A stretch of DNA of 32,000 nucleotides, taken from NCBI GenBank assembly GCA_000008085.1, contig AE017199.1, positions 150,001 to 182,000 of the forward strand, written 5' to 3'. Shown here piece after piece: positions 17,164 to 25,397 of this stretch. The notes under the pieces were generated by a model that had not been told where the DNA came from, did no database searches, and saw only the letters and a program-made list of their open reading frames with translations. The DNA comes from Nanoarchaeum equitans Kin4-M (lineage in GTDB: Archaea > Nanobdellota > Nanobdellia > Nanobdellales > Nanoarchaeaceae). The first letter of the stretch is position 1; every line of letters starts with the position of its first letter. The translations under genes and the position numbers were made by a program.

Positions 17164-18512
17164 TGCCGATAGGTTTAGAGATACATATACAATTAAATAC
17201 TGAAACAAAGCTATTTTGTCCTTGTAAAATAGATCCAAATGCAGAGCCTAATACTAATGTATGTGAGATATGCCTAGGATACCCTGGCGCAAAGCCAAGG
17301 CTAAACAAAAAAGCTCTGGAATTAGCAACAAAAATTGCTAAAGCGTTAAATTGTAAAATAAATAAGAAAATCCTATTCTCTAGAAAAGTATATTTCTATC
17401 CAGATTTGCCTAAAAATTACCAAATAACCCAATATAGTAATGTTTTAGGGGAGAATGGTTATATTGATTTAGGAAACAAAAAGATAAGAATTAGAGAAAT
17501 ACATATTGAAGAAGACCCAGCAAAAATAGTAGAACACAAAGAAGGATATATATTATTGGATTTCAATAGAAGTGGTACTCCATTGGTAGAAATAGTTACC
17601 GAACCAGATTTCGAAAATGCTGATGAGGTTAAAGCGTTTTTCAAAAAACTATTGGCCATATTGGATTATTTAGATGCCTTTGATCCAGAAAAAGGTATAA
17701 TCAAAGCAGATGTTAATGTTTCTATCCCAGGGGGAGAAAGAGTAGAAGTAAAAAATGTAACTGGTCTAAAAAATATAGAACAAGCCATAATTTATGAATT
17801 AACTAGACAAAAAGAAATAGTAAAAGCTGGGGGTAAAATAAAGAGAGAAACCAGGCATTTTATAGAGAAATCCAAAAAAACCATACCAGCAAGGGCTAAA
17901 GAATATGAAGAAGATTACGGTTACATCTTCGATAATGATCTACCATATTACGAAGTGCCAGATGTTGAATTACCAATAATGCCTTGGGATCTAGAAAAAG
18001 AGCTAATAAATTTGGGAGTACAAAAAAATTTAGCAGAAGCCATTGCGTATTATTCTAAAAAGCATGCTTTCTTATTTTTGAATATAGCTAAAGAAAACAA
18101 AGAGATTGCTAATGAATTAGCTAAATGGTACCAAGTGTTTTTTGAAACAGAAGCAGATATTAAAACAGTTGAAAAACTAAAAGACGAATTTATTGAAGCG
18201 GTAAAATTGTATTTAAATGGATATCTCAATAACCAAGGTATAAGAAAATCCATAAAAGAGGGCATAAAGGAGGGCTCTATACTAAAAGCAGTAGAGCGCT
18301 ATAAAATTGTTTATCCATCCGATGAAGAGATATTGAGAATAATAAAACAAAACGGGAAAGCCATTTACGATTATTTAAATGGGAAAAAACAGGCAATTAA
18401 TGCTTTACTCGGCTCTGTAATGAAGGCTTACCATTCGAGAGTAGATCCCAAATGGGTTCTAAATAAAATACAAGAGTTAATAAATAAATACTATAACAAA
18501 TCCAATGGATGA
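17163..18512 (+). CDS. gatB: Asp/Glu-tRNA amidotransferase subunit B
   Basis: IGLEIHIQLNTETKLFCPC...PNTNVCEICLGYPGAKPRLNKKAL...FSRKVYFYPDLPKNYQITQY is the GatB (not GatE) N-terminal signature. 449 aa. The junction with rrp4 is TAATG. Confidence 0.85.
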   Translation: MPIGLEIHIQLNTETKLFCPCKIDPNAEPNTNVCEICLGYPGAKPRLNKKALELATKIAKALNCKINKKILFSRKVYFYPDLPKNYQITQYSNVLGENGYIDLGNKKIRIREIHIEEDPAKIVEHKEGYILLDFNRSGTPLVEIVTEPDFENADEVKAFFKKLLAILDYLDAFDPEKGIIKADVNVSIPGGERVEVKNVTGLKNIEQAIIYELTRQKEIVKAGGKIKRETRHFIEKSKKTIPARAKEYEEDYGYIFDNDLPYYEVPDVELPIMPWDLEKELINLGVQKNLAEAIAYYSKKHAFLFLNIAKENKEIANELAKWYQVFFETEADIKTVEKLKDEFIEAVKLYLNGYLNNQGIRKSIKEGIKEGSILKAVERYKIVYPSDEEILRIIKQNGKAIYDYLNGKKQAINALLGSVMKAYHSRVDPKWVLNKIQELINKYYNKSNG

Positions 18513-19614
18513 AAAAGAAATAGAGGAAATACTAGAGGAAAATAAAAGGCTAAAATCTATGGTAAATTATTTGCAAAAAGAATTAGAAAAATTTAGAAGT
18601 CCCCCCTTAGTTGTAGCAGAAGTAATAAAGCCTTATGGAGAAAGAGCAATCGTAAGATTGCCAACGGGTATGGAATTGTTAGTGGAAAAGCTATCAAAAA
18701 TAGAAATAGAGCCAGGGGATACTGTATTTCTAAACCAATCTAATATGGTTATTGTAGGCAAAGCAGAAAAAAGGAAAAAATTCAACATCGATGCTTTTGT
18801 TATTACTGAGAAACCAAATGTAGATTGGTCTCAAATTGGTGGGCTTAAAGAGCAAATCGAAGAAATTAGAGAGGCAATTGAATTACCATTAACTAAACCA
18901 GAGATATTCGAAAAAATAGGTATAGAACCTCCAAAAGGTGTTCTATTGTATGGCCCCCCTGGAACTGGTAAAACATTAATAGGAAAAGCTTTAGCCAAAT
19001 CCGCTAATGCCACTTTTATATATATAGTAGGTTCTGAGCTAGTTCAAAAATATATTGGAGAGGGTGCAAAACTAGTTAAAGAATTGTTTGATTATGCTAG
19101 GGAGCACGCCCCAGCGATAGTTTTTATTGATGAAATAGATGCTATCGCTGCTAGAAGAATAGAGACTGGCACTTCTGGAGAAAGAGAAGTACAAAGAACT
19201 TTTATGCAGCTTTTAGCAGAAATAGATGGTTTTAAACCTTTAGATAAGGTAAAGGTTATTGGTGCAACCAATAGATTAGATATATTAGATCCTGCTATAT
19301 TAAGACCTGGCAGATTCGATAGAATAATACATATTCCTTTGCCTGACAAACAAGGAAGAATAGAAATATTCAAAATACATACTAGGAAAATGAGAACTAA
19401 AGACATAGATTATTCATTATTAGCAGAGTTAACCGAAGGTTTTAGCGGGGCAGAGATAAAACAAGTTTGTATAGAAGCAGGTTATTTGGCGATAAGAAAT
19501 AAAAGGGATTATGTTATATTAGAGGATTTCATAAAAGCGATAGACAAAGTAAAGAAAATGCGTAAAAAAGAGGAATACCAACGCTTTTTAAAAGGTTTAT
19601 CTTATTTCGGCTAA
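18505..19614 (+). CDS. pan: Proteasome-activating nucleotidase (PAN; AAA+ Rpt-like ATPase)
   Basis: It has an N-terminal coiled coil, an OB region, Walker [16 protein letters not shown], Walker B IVFIDEIDA, and PGRFDR (second region of homology). The C-terminus ends ...LSYFG, which is not a textbook HbYX. Confidence 0.9.
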   Translation: MDEKEIEEILEENKRLKSMVNYLQKELEKFRSPPLVVAEVIKPYGERAIVRLPTGMELLVEKLSKIEIEPGDTVFLNQSNMVIVGKAEKRKKFNIDAFVITEKPNVDWSQIGGLKEQIEEIREAIELPLTKPEIFEKIGIEPPKGVLLYGPPGTGKTLIGKALAKSANATFIYIVGSELVQKYIGEGAKLVKELFDYAREHAPAIVFIDEIDAIAARRIETGTSGEREVQRTFMQLLAEIDGFKPLDKVKVIGATNRLDILDPAILRPGRFDRIIHIPLPDKQGRIEIFKIHTRKMRTKDIDYSLLAELTEGFSGAEIKQVCIEAGYLAIRNKRDYVILEDFIKAIDKVKKMRKKEEYQRFLKGLSYFG

Positions 19615-19934
19615 TGCTCTATTTCGATCCAAATGTTTTAGTTGAAATTATAACCAATGGAGAAAATGCTGAAAAGGCAAAACAAATTTATGAAACCATT
19701 ATAGATAAAGAATTATATGTCTATGAAATACATTTGGGAATAGTATTAGCTAAACTTGAGAGAAAACATTATGATTATGCAAAGACTTTCGCTAATGCAA
19801 TAAAAAAACTAAACATTAAATTATTGCATATAGATATTAAAAAGTTAGTTGAACTATGGGCCCAATTAGGTTCTATAGAGAAAGCTGTATTTGAGATAGC
19901 AAAAAGGGAAGGCTACGAAATTGTTACAATTTAA
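19614..19934 (+). CDS. Hypothetical protein, possibly a degenerate PIN-like domain
   Basis: The N-terminal MLYFDPNVLVEII and C-terminal SIEKAVFEIAKREGYEIVT resemble the first and third/fourth acidic-residue segments of PIN/VapC domains, but Asp is replaced by Glu or missing. The junction with pan is TAATG. This is a weak call. Confidence 0.35.
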   Translation: MLYFDPNVLVEIITNGENAEKAKQIYETIIDKELYVYEIHLGIVLAKLERKHYDYAKTFANAIKKLNIKLLHIDIKKLVELWAQLGSIEKAVFEIAKREGYEIVTI

Positions 19935-20403
19935 CTTCTAAAGATATTTTGGGTTCTCCCTTGTAATATTCTTTCGCAACCTCTTCTGCTACTTTATCTA
20001 ATAATTCTTTTCCTTTCTTTGTTATAGCCCTTCCTTTTCTTGGGCTATCAACCCATTGGATTAAACCAGCTTTTTCCAATTGTTGCAATATATATCTCAA
20101 TAGTTTACCGCTTCCTTTGACTTTGTGCCTTTTTCTCATTCCATGTCTCCTTCTTTTTGTGCCTCCATAATATTTTCTTAGCCTAGATAAACCAATTGGG
20201 CCTAATAAATATACTCTTCTTAATACAGATGCTACCCTTTTATACCACCAAACTTCGACTGGCTCATCTGGAGGTCTTTCATTAGCAGGGTTTGTTTTAA
20301 TAAATTTGGCCCACTCTGGAGGTTTTAATTCTTCATATTGTTTTAATACTTCGCTAAGCTTTTCAACCATTAATTGGCCAGGCACATCTTTTACTGTTAC
20401 CAT
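19924..20403 (-). CDS. rps19e: Ribosomal protein S19e (eS19)
   Basis: The sequence reads MVTVKDVPGQLMVEKLSEVLK...PPEWAKFIKTNPANERPP...WWYKRVASVLRRVYLLGPIGLSRLRKYYGG. The track start is the GTG at 20412. The ATG at 20403 matches the family N-terminus and the promoter spacing. Confidence 0.9.
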   Translation of the reverse strand: MVTVKDVPGQLMVEKLSEVLKQYEELKPPEWAKFIKTNPANERPPDEPVEVWWYKRVASVLRRVYLLGPIGLSRLRKYYGGTKRRRHGMRKRHKVKGSGKLLRYILQQLEKAGLIQWVDSPRKGRAITKKGKELLDKVAEEVAKEYYKGEPKISLEVKL

Positions 20404-20423
20404 GGGAAGCACTATTTATGATA

Positions 20424-20429
20424 TTTAAA
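20424..20429. promoter_or_regulatory. Shared TATA core (atatTTTAAAaaa) for rps19e (-, 20403) and ilvE (+, 20450)
   Basis: The centre (20426.5) is 23.5 nt from both ATG codons. Confidence 0.6.
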
Positions 20430-20449
20430 AAATGCTATTGCTCTATAAT

Positions 20450-21328
20450 ATGAAGGTATGGTTCAATGGCCAAATCTTAGATTACGAAGATGTAAGAATA
20501 CCAATAGATACACATGCTTTACATTATGGCTCTTCAGTATTCGAAGGAATTAGGTCCTATAAAGCAAAAAAGGGAGTAGCAGTATTTAGAAATGAAGACC
20601 ACGTAAAAAGGTTTTTCTATTCGATGCAAACTCTTAGAATGAAAATAAAATTTGACGAAAACACTATTAGAGAGGCTATAAAAGAAGTTGTTAGGGTAAA
20701 CAATTTAGAAGATTCATATATAAGGCCAATTGCCTTTTATTCTAAAGGAGGAATAGGATTAGACCCAAGAAAAAATGAAGTGGATATAGCTATATTTGCT
20801 ATACCATGGGGCAAATATCTAAAAGAAGAAGCAAGGGTAACAATTGTTTCTTATGCTAGGCCTAATACTTTAATAACAAATCCCAAAGCCAAAATTGGCG
20901 GTATGTATGTTAATTCTATTTTAGCTACTTTAGAAGCAAAAGAAAGAGGTTTTGACGAAGCTATTATGTTGGATTTAAATGGGTTTGTCGCTGAAGGCCC
21001 TGGAGAAAACATATTTTTAATATACAAAGATAGCAAAACTGCGGTAACTCCAATAGAAGGTTCTATATTACCTGGGATAACTAGAGATACAGTAAAACAT
21101 TTATTGAGAGACCTAGGTTATAATGTAATAGAAAGAAATGTTTTAGTCGATGAACTATTTATCGCAGATGAGTTATTTTTTGTTGGCACTGCAGCGGAGG
21201 TTACACCAATAAAAGAATTAGATGGACAAACCTTCGATACAAGTTTTGGTAAAAAAGTTTATGAAGAATATATGAAAGTTGTTAGAGGAGAAAACAAAAA
21301 ATATGAATATTGGTTAGATTATATATAA
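20450..21328 (+). CDS. ilvE: Branched-chain amino acid aminotransferase (class IV PLP enzyme)
   Basis: HALHYGSSVFEGIRSY, YIRPIAF, KIGGMYVNSILATLEAKERGFDEAIMLD, GENIFLI, LPGITRD and ELFFVGTAAEVTPI are recognisable. The track start is 20432. The ATG at 20450 fits the promoter spacing. Confidence 0.85.
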   Translation: MKVWFNGQILDYEDVRIPIDTHALHYGSSVFEGIRSYKAKKGVAVFRNEDHVKRFFYSMQTLRMKIKFDENTIREAIKEVVRVNNLEDSYIRPIAFYSKGGIGLDPRKNEVDIAIFAIPWGKYLKEEARVTIVSYARPNTLITNPKAKIGGMYVNSILATLEAKERGFDEAIMLDLNGFVAEGPGENIFLIYKDSKTAVTPIEGSILPGITRDTVKHLLRDLGYNVIERNVLVDELFIADELFFVGTAAEVTPIKELDGQTFDTSFGKKVYEEYMKVVRGENKKYEYWLDYI

Positions 21329-22383
21329 ATTTTGACTTTGTTTATTTTTTTATCATCGCTATCCAATATTTCTAATACGTAATTGTTTATCCTTATTTTT
21401 TCTCCTTTTTTAGGAATTCTGTGGGTTTTCTCCAATATTAAACCAGCAATTGTAGAATAGTTTTTTGGCAGAGGCAAATTTAAATTATATTTATCGTTAA
21501 TATCATTAACATTTTCGTCTCCATCAACAATAATATATCTATGCTCTTTCATTGCATCTATGTTATAATCTGGTAAAGATAACAAATCTCTAAGCAAAGC
21601 ATCCAATTCTATTACTCCTATAGCGTCTCCATATTCGTTTACTACTATTGCTAAATCTTTTTGCGATTTAACCATCTTTTCTAGTAATGTTTTAATTGTA
21701 ATGTTTTGAGGCACATATAATGGCTTTAATATTTGGTTATCTCTAATATAGCCAACTATATTCTCTTCGTCTCCTTTATAGATTAAAGCAAAACTTTCAT
21801 TTGTCGGATGGCTTACTAATTTATAATCAGATAATGGTTTTTTAACAACATTTACCGGCATATCCAATAAAGTTAACAATTTTTTAACCATCCTTCCTTC
21901 TAATTCTTGCAAATATCTTTTCTTTATAGCCTCGTCAATAATATTTATTATTTCGGTTTTACTTAATTTATTATTAGCTTTCCCAAAAAGGGATGCTAAC
22001 TTATGATAAAACAATACTAATGGATAGAATATTAATTTAACTAAATAAATCAATGGGGCGAATTTTAATATTAACTCGGGTCTCGCCAAAGCTAAATATT
22101 TAGGGATTATTTCCCCGAAAGTTATTATTAGAATAGTAACTATTATTGTTGCTGGAAGTATCCCTAGAAACCCTAGTTGGTTTACTAAATAGTCCGTAAC
22201 TAATACTGAAATTAAAACATTAACGAAATTATTCGCTATTAGGATAGCGATTAAGGTTTTATCCAAATCTTCCTTAAGTTTTCTTACTATTTTATCCCTT
22301 ATTTTATAGGAAGGGTAATAAACTATTGCGGTTTCGTAAGAGGAAAATAAAGCTGAGAGTAATATTAATATTAAAGGCAGCAT
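21319..22383 (-). CDS. CNNM/CorB-CorC (HlyC/TlyC) family transporter: DUF21 + CBS pair + CorC_HlyC domain
   Basis: LSALFSSYETAI is the DUF21 signature. It has four N-terminal TM helices, a central CBS pair, and a C-terminal TIAGLILEKTHRIPKKGEKIRINNYVLEILDSDDKKINKVKI. Confidence 0.85.
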   Translation of the reverse strand: MLPLILILLSALFSSYETAIVYYPSYKIRDKIVRKLKEDLDKTLIAILIANNFVNVLISVLVTDYLVNQLGFLGILPATIIVTILIITFGEIIPKYLALARPELILKFAPLIYLVKLIFYPLVLFYHKLASLFGKANNKLSKTEIINIIDEAIKKRYLQELEGRMVKKLLTLLDMPVNVVKKPLSDYKLVSHPTNESFALIYKGDEENIVGYIRDNQILKPLYVPQNITIKTLLEKMVKSQKDLAIVVNEYGDAIGVIELDALLRDLLSLPDYNIDAMKEHRYIIVDGDENVNDINDKYNLNLPLPKNYSTIAGLILEKTHRIPKKGEKIRINNYVLEILDSDDKKINKVKIYI

Positions 22384-22418
22384 TTTGTAGAAATAAGAAA
22401 AATGGATTAAAAAATATA

Positions 22419-22447
22419 GTTCGAACTTCGAACCAGTAGAGTTCGAA
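22419..22447. promoter_or_regulatory. Candidate operator: three TTCGAA palindromes (22420-22425, 22427-22432, 22442-22447) immediately upstream of the peroxiredoxin BRE/TATA
   Basis: The sequence is aGTTCGAACTTCGAACcagtagaGTTCGAAatt. The first copy is the perfect 8-bp palindrome GTTCGAAC. AGTTCGAA recurs 22 nt downstream, about two helical turns. This GC-containing hexamer is clustered within AT-rich spacer DNA. Confidence 0.4.
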
Positions 22448-22450
22448 ATT

Positions 22451-22456
22451 TTTAAA
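22451..22456 (+). promoter_or_regulatory. TATA core for peroxiredoxin
   Basis: The aaattTTTAAAatat centre (22453.5) is 23.5 nt from the ATG at 22477. Confidence 0.6.
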
Positions 22457-22476
22457 ATATAACTGAATATATTCGC

Positions 22477-23145
22477 ATGGTCGTCTTAGGCCAAAAGTTC
22501 CCAGAAGTAGAAGTACAAACAACACACGGAAGAATGAGATTGCCAGACCATTATAGAGGGAAGTGGTTTGTATTGTTTTCCCACCCAGCAGACTTTACAC
22601 CAGTATGTACTACAGAATTCGTAGAGTTTGCCAGAAACTATGACAAATTTAAAGCAATGAACACAGAGTTAATTGGGTTATCAATAGACCAAGTATTTAG
22701 CCATATAAAATGGATAGAATGGATTAAAGAGAAATTCAATGTAGAAATACCATTCCCAGTAATTGCAGATGACCAAGGAGAATTAGCAAGAATGTTAGGA
22801 ATGATTTCCCCATACAAAGGCACAAACACAGTAAGAGCAGTATTTATTGTAGACCCAGAAGGTTACATAAGAGCTATGTTATACTACCCACAAGAAACTG
22901 GAAGAAACATACCAGAAATATTAAGATTGGTCGAAGCATTACAAACAGCAGACAAATATGGAGTAGCAACCCCAGCTAACTGGCATGTCGATAGATACGA
23001 ATTCAAACCATCTTCAATAGTAGGAAACGATGTAATAATACCACCAGCATCTAGCTTAGAAGAAAAGAAAGACAGAGAAGAAAGAGCAAAGAAAGGCGAA
23101 ATAGAATGCTTCGATTGGTGGTTCTGCCACAAAAAGCTAGAGTAA
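22477..23145 (+). CDS. Peroxiredoxin (archaeal Prx6-like / thiol peroxidase)
   Basis: [18 protein letters not shown] carries the peroxidatic Cys. The C-terminal [11 protein letters not shown] Cys pair is typical of crenarchaeal-type peroxiredoxins. 222 aa. Confidence 0.95.
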   Translation: MVVLGQKFPEVEVQTTHGRMRLPDHYRGKWFVLFSHPADFTPVCTTEFVEFARNYDKFKAMNTELIGLSIDQVFSHIKWIEWIKEKFNVEIPFPVIADDQGELARMLGMISPYKGTNTVRAVFIVDPEGYIRAMLYYPQETGRNIPEILRLVEALQTADKYGVATPANWHVDRYEFKPSSIVGNDVIIPPASSLEEKKDREERAKKGEIECFDWWFCHKKLE

Positions 23146-23192
23146 TTTCAAATTCTTTTTAACATCTTTATTTAGATAGGTTTTATTTTATA

Positions 23193-23603
23193 ATGGATAT
23201 AGAAACAGATATAGAATTCCCTAAAAATATTGTTGGCAATGTTCTAAAACTTTTGAATAAAGACAATTATAAAATAACAGACATTGTGGATGATATTTTA
23301 TACTATGAAGGAACAAAAAATTTTATTGTATATGAGAAAGATGATAAACTGGTAGCTTTGATTTTTGATAAAATAAATTTGAGCGAGTCGTGTGAAGAAG
23401 TATTAAGCCCAATAGGATGGGCCGATCTTATAATATCTATAATAAAAGAGAGCCATCCAAAATATGAGCCCTGTATTATAATATTTTATAACCTACATGG
23501 GGAGAAAGCAATAATTGTTAACGAAAAAGGAGCAAAAACCTTTGATGAATTATGCTTGCATAAAGTTAAAAATATGGACCAATTGCTTAATCTAGAATCT
23601 TAG
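23193..23603 (+). CDS. Hypothetical protein (136 aa)
   Basis: This is the only long ORF at this position. A TTTATTTA at 23167-23174 lies about 22.5 nt upstream of the ATG. I recognise no family. The 3' end overlaps the convergent tyrA-pheA fusion by 17 nt. Confidence 0.4.
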   Translation: MDIETDIEFPKNIVGNVLKLLNKDNYKITDIVDDILYYEGTKNFIVYEKDDKLVALIFDKINLSESCEEVLSPIGWADLIISIIKESHPKYEPCIIIFYNLHGEKAIIVNEKGAKTFDELCLHKVKNMDQLLNLES

Positions 23604-25356
23604 GGAATTCGATTTCATTTATTTCTCTAAAGTTACCCAGATGTTTAACCCAATTAGCTTTTGCTCTTATTTCTTCTAATATTTTGTTATTTAACAAATC
23701 TGATTCCACATAAAATAAATATTTACCTATCTCTCTTTTGTCGGGCCTAGACTCTAATTTTCTTAAATTTATATTGTGTTTATGGAATATCTCCAACACT
23801 TCTTTTAAAGAGCCAGGCTTATCTTCTAAAGAGAAAACTAAAGCGCTATACTTTGGATTGGGCAATTGCTTTTTACCAATAATTATAAATCTAGTTTTGT
23901 TTTCTTTATTATCCTCGATATGCTCATCATAAATTTTTAGCCCATAGAATATTGCTGCAGTTTTTGATGTTATTGCTAAAGAATACTCGTCTAACATAGA
24001 TATTGCTTCAGAAGTTGAATTTGAATAAACTATCTCTGCATTAGGGAATTTTTTCGAAATATATTCCATAGATTGTGCAATAGCTTGGGGGTGAGATATT
24101 ATTCTTTTTACTTCTTTAACATTTTTACCAACTAAACATAGGTTTATTCTATGTATATACTCGCCCACAATTTTAACATTGTATTTTATTAGGGAATCCA
24201 AGGTTTCATTCACACTACCTCCTAAAACATTCTCTATAGGCACTATACCCAAAGCAATTTCGTTATTTTCCAATGCATCAAAAATATGGGATATCTTTCT
24301 ATAATATTTTATATTTAGCCTGGTTTTATTTAATTTTAGTGCTACTTCATCACTAAAACTTCCTATTGGGCCCAAAACTCCTATCCAAGGCTTTGGATTT
24401 TCTATATGCTTAGCCCAAGATATTAGCAATTCAATTAATTGATCTGTATACAAAGGATTAAGCTCTCTTTCTTTGGCGAATTCTAGTAAAATATTTCTCT
24501 TTTCTATTTCCCATTTTTTATCCTCTATAGGTAAATTTCTTAGTTCTTTTATTTCTTTTATTTGCTTTGCCAAATCGTTTCTTATTTTTATTAAGTCTAA
24601 AATTAGTTTGTCAATAACCATAATTTGTTTTCTAATATCTTTGTTCCATAGTTTTGATAAATTCAATAACAATGCCCTAGAGAAACCTTCTACCCTCTCT
24701 TTTGGTATATAATCTTCTATATTGTTTGATACTTCTTTCAAAAATTTGATGTAGTTCTCTCTATAGGTTTTAGCATTCTTTTCTTTTTGTATATCTAATA
24801 AGATTTGCGGGTTCTGTTCTAACAATCTTTCTGACAATCTATATAAAGCTTCGGCAGATGCTGTTTTTATTGGGAATCTCCTAGCGAAATGATAATAAGA
24901 TATTAACAATAAATGAGTTACAACTTGCAATTCATTTATTTTTTCATGTTCCTCTAAAGACATTTCAATTAAATCAAAATCCAAAAATTGCAAAAAGCTT
25001 TTGTCTGTGCTTTCTTTTATTACAACTATTTTAGAGAATTCCTCATAGATGCTGGGCCCAAACAAAGGATGCAAAGATAAAAACTTAAAACCATACTGTT
25101 CTATTATAGGAATTACTACATCTTTTTTAGAGGCTAAATCTATTATTACCCCATTAAAATTGTTTTCTTTTAATTTTGATAATATTTCATTATAAGAATT
25201 TTCTGGTATAGCCAATATAGCATATTTAAATTTGCTAAACTCGTTTTCTTCAATTTCTTTAATCGATCGAGAATATACTTTAACATTTAACCCTTTTCTT
25301 TTTAAATAATTATAAAAATACTGGCCTAATCTTCCAAATCCAATAATTAATATCAT
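23587..25356 (-). CDS. Trifunctional fusion: prephenate dehydrogenase (TyrA) - chorismate mutase (AroQ) - prephenate dehydratase (PheA) with a C-terminal ACT domain
   Basis: The N-terminus has a Rossmann fold, MILIIGFGRLGQ. The middle helical AroQ-like segment is IDKLILDLIKIRNDLAKQIKEIK...EKRNILL. The PDT domain is IGVLGPIGSFSDEVA...NKTRFIIIG. The ACT domain is SALVFSLEDKPGSLKEVLEIF...INLRKLESRP...YLFYVE. The ATG at 25356 lies 23.5 nt from TTTAAA 25377-25382. Confidence 0.85.
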   Translation of the reverse strand: MILIIGFGRLGQYFYNYLKRKGLNVKVYSRSIKEIEENEFSKFKYAILAIPENSYNEILSKLKENNFNGVIIDLASKKDVVIPIIEQYGFKFLSLHPLFGPSIYEEFSKIVVIKESTDKSFLQFLDFDLIEMSLEEHEKINELQVVTHLLLISYYHFARRFPIKTASAEALYRLSERLLEQNPQILLDIQKEKNAKTYRENYIKFLKEVSNNIEDYIPKERVEGFSRALLLNLSKLWNKDIRKQIMVIDKLILDLIKIRNDLAKQIKEIKELRNLPIEDKKWEIEKRNILLEFAKERELNPLYTDQLIELLISWAKHIENPKPWIGVLGPIGSFSDEVALKLNKTRLNIKYYRKISHIFDALENNEIALGIVPIENVLGGSVNETLDSLIKYNVKIVGEYIHRINLCLVGKNVKEVKRIISHPQAIAQSMEYISKKFPNAEIVYSNSTSEAISMLDEYSLAITSKTAAIFYGLKIYDEHIEDNKENKTRFIIIGKKQLPNPKYSALVFSLEDKPGSLKEVLEIFHKHNINLRKLESRPDKREIGKYLFYVESDLLNNKILEEIRAKANWVKHLGNFREINEIEFPKILD

Positions 25357-25369
25357 AACCATATATAGG

Positions 25370-25382
25370 TTTATAATTTAAA
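25370..25382. promoter_or_regulatory. Two interleaved TATA cores: TTTATAAT (25370-25377) for the GT4 gene (+, 25398) and TTTAAA (25377-25382) for the tyrA fusion (-, 25356)
   Basis: The centre 25373.5 is 24.5 nt from the ATG at 25398. The centre 25379.5 is 23.5 nt from the ATG at 25356. The start points are only 42 nt apart, so the two boxes cross over instead of coinciding. Confidence 0.5.
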
Positions 25383-25397
25383 ATTACAAAAATGGCA

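Noticed and set aside
17163-18512. GatB considered as one half of a split gatE-type gene.
   Set aside because: The N-terminal motifs are GatB-type (PNTNVC..CLG.PG..P.LN, RK.YFYPDLPK.YQI(S/T)Q). At 449 aa the ORF is close to full GatB length, so there is no evidence of truncation.
22419-22447. GTTCGAA motifs considered as T-arm remnants of a split tRNA half or tRNA pseudogene.
   Set aside because: No 5-bp stems flank any of the TTCGAA copies. There is no acceptor-stem complement, and no GC-rich leader or trailer of the kind expected for tRNA halves. The element is retained only as a possible operator.
22304-22525. 73-aa minus-strand ORF spanning the CorC start, the spacer and the peroxiredoxin start.
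   Set aside because: It runs across two promoters and overlaps two well-supported genes. It has no motifs.
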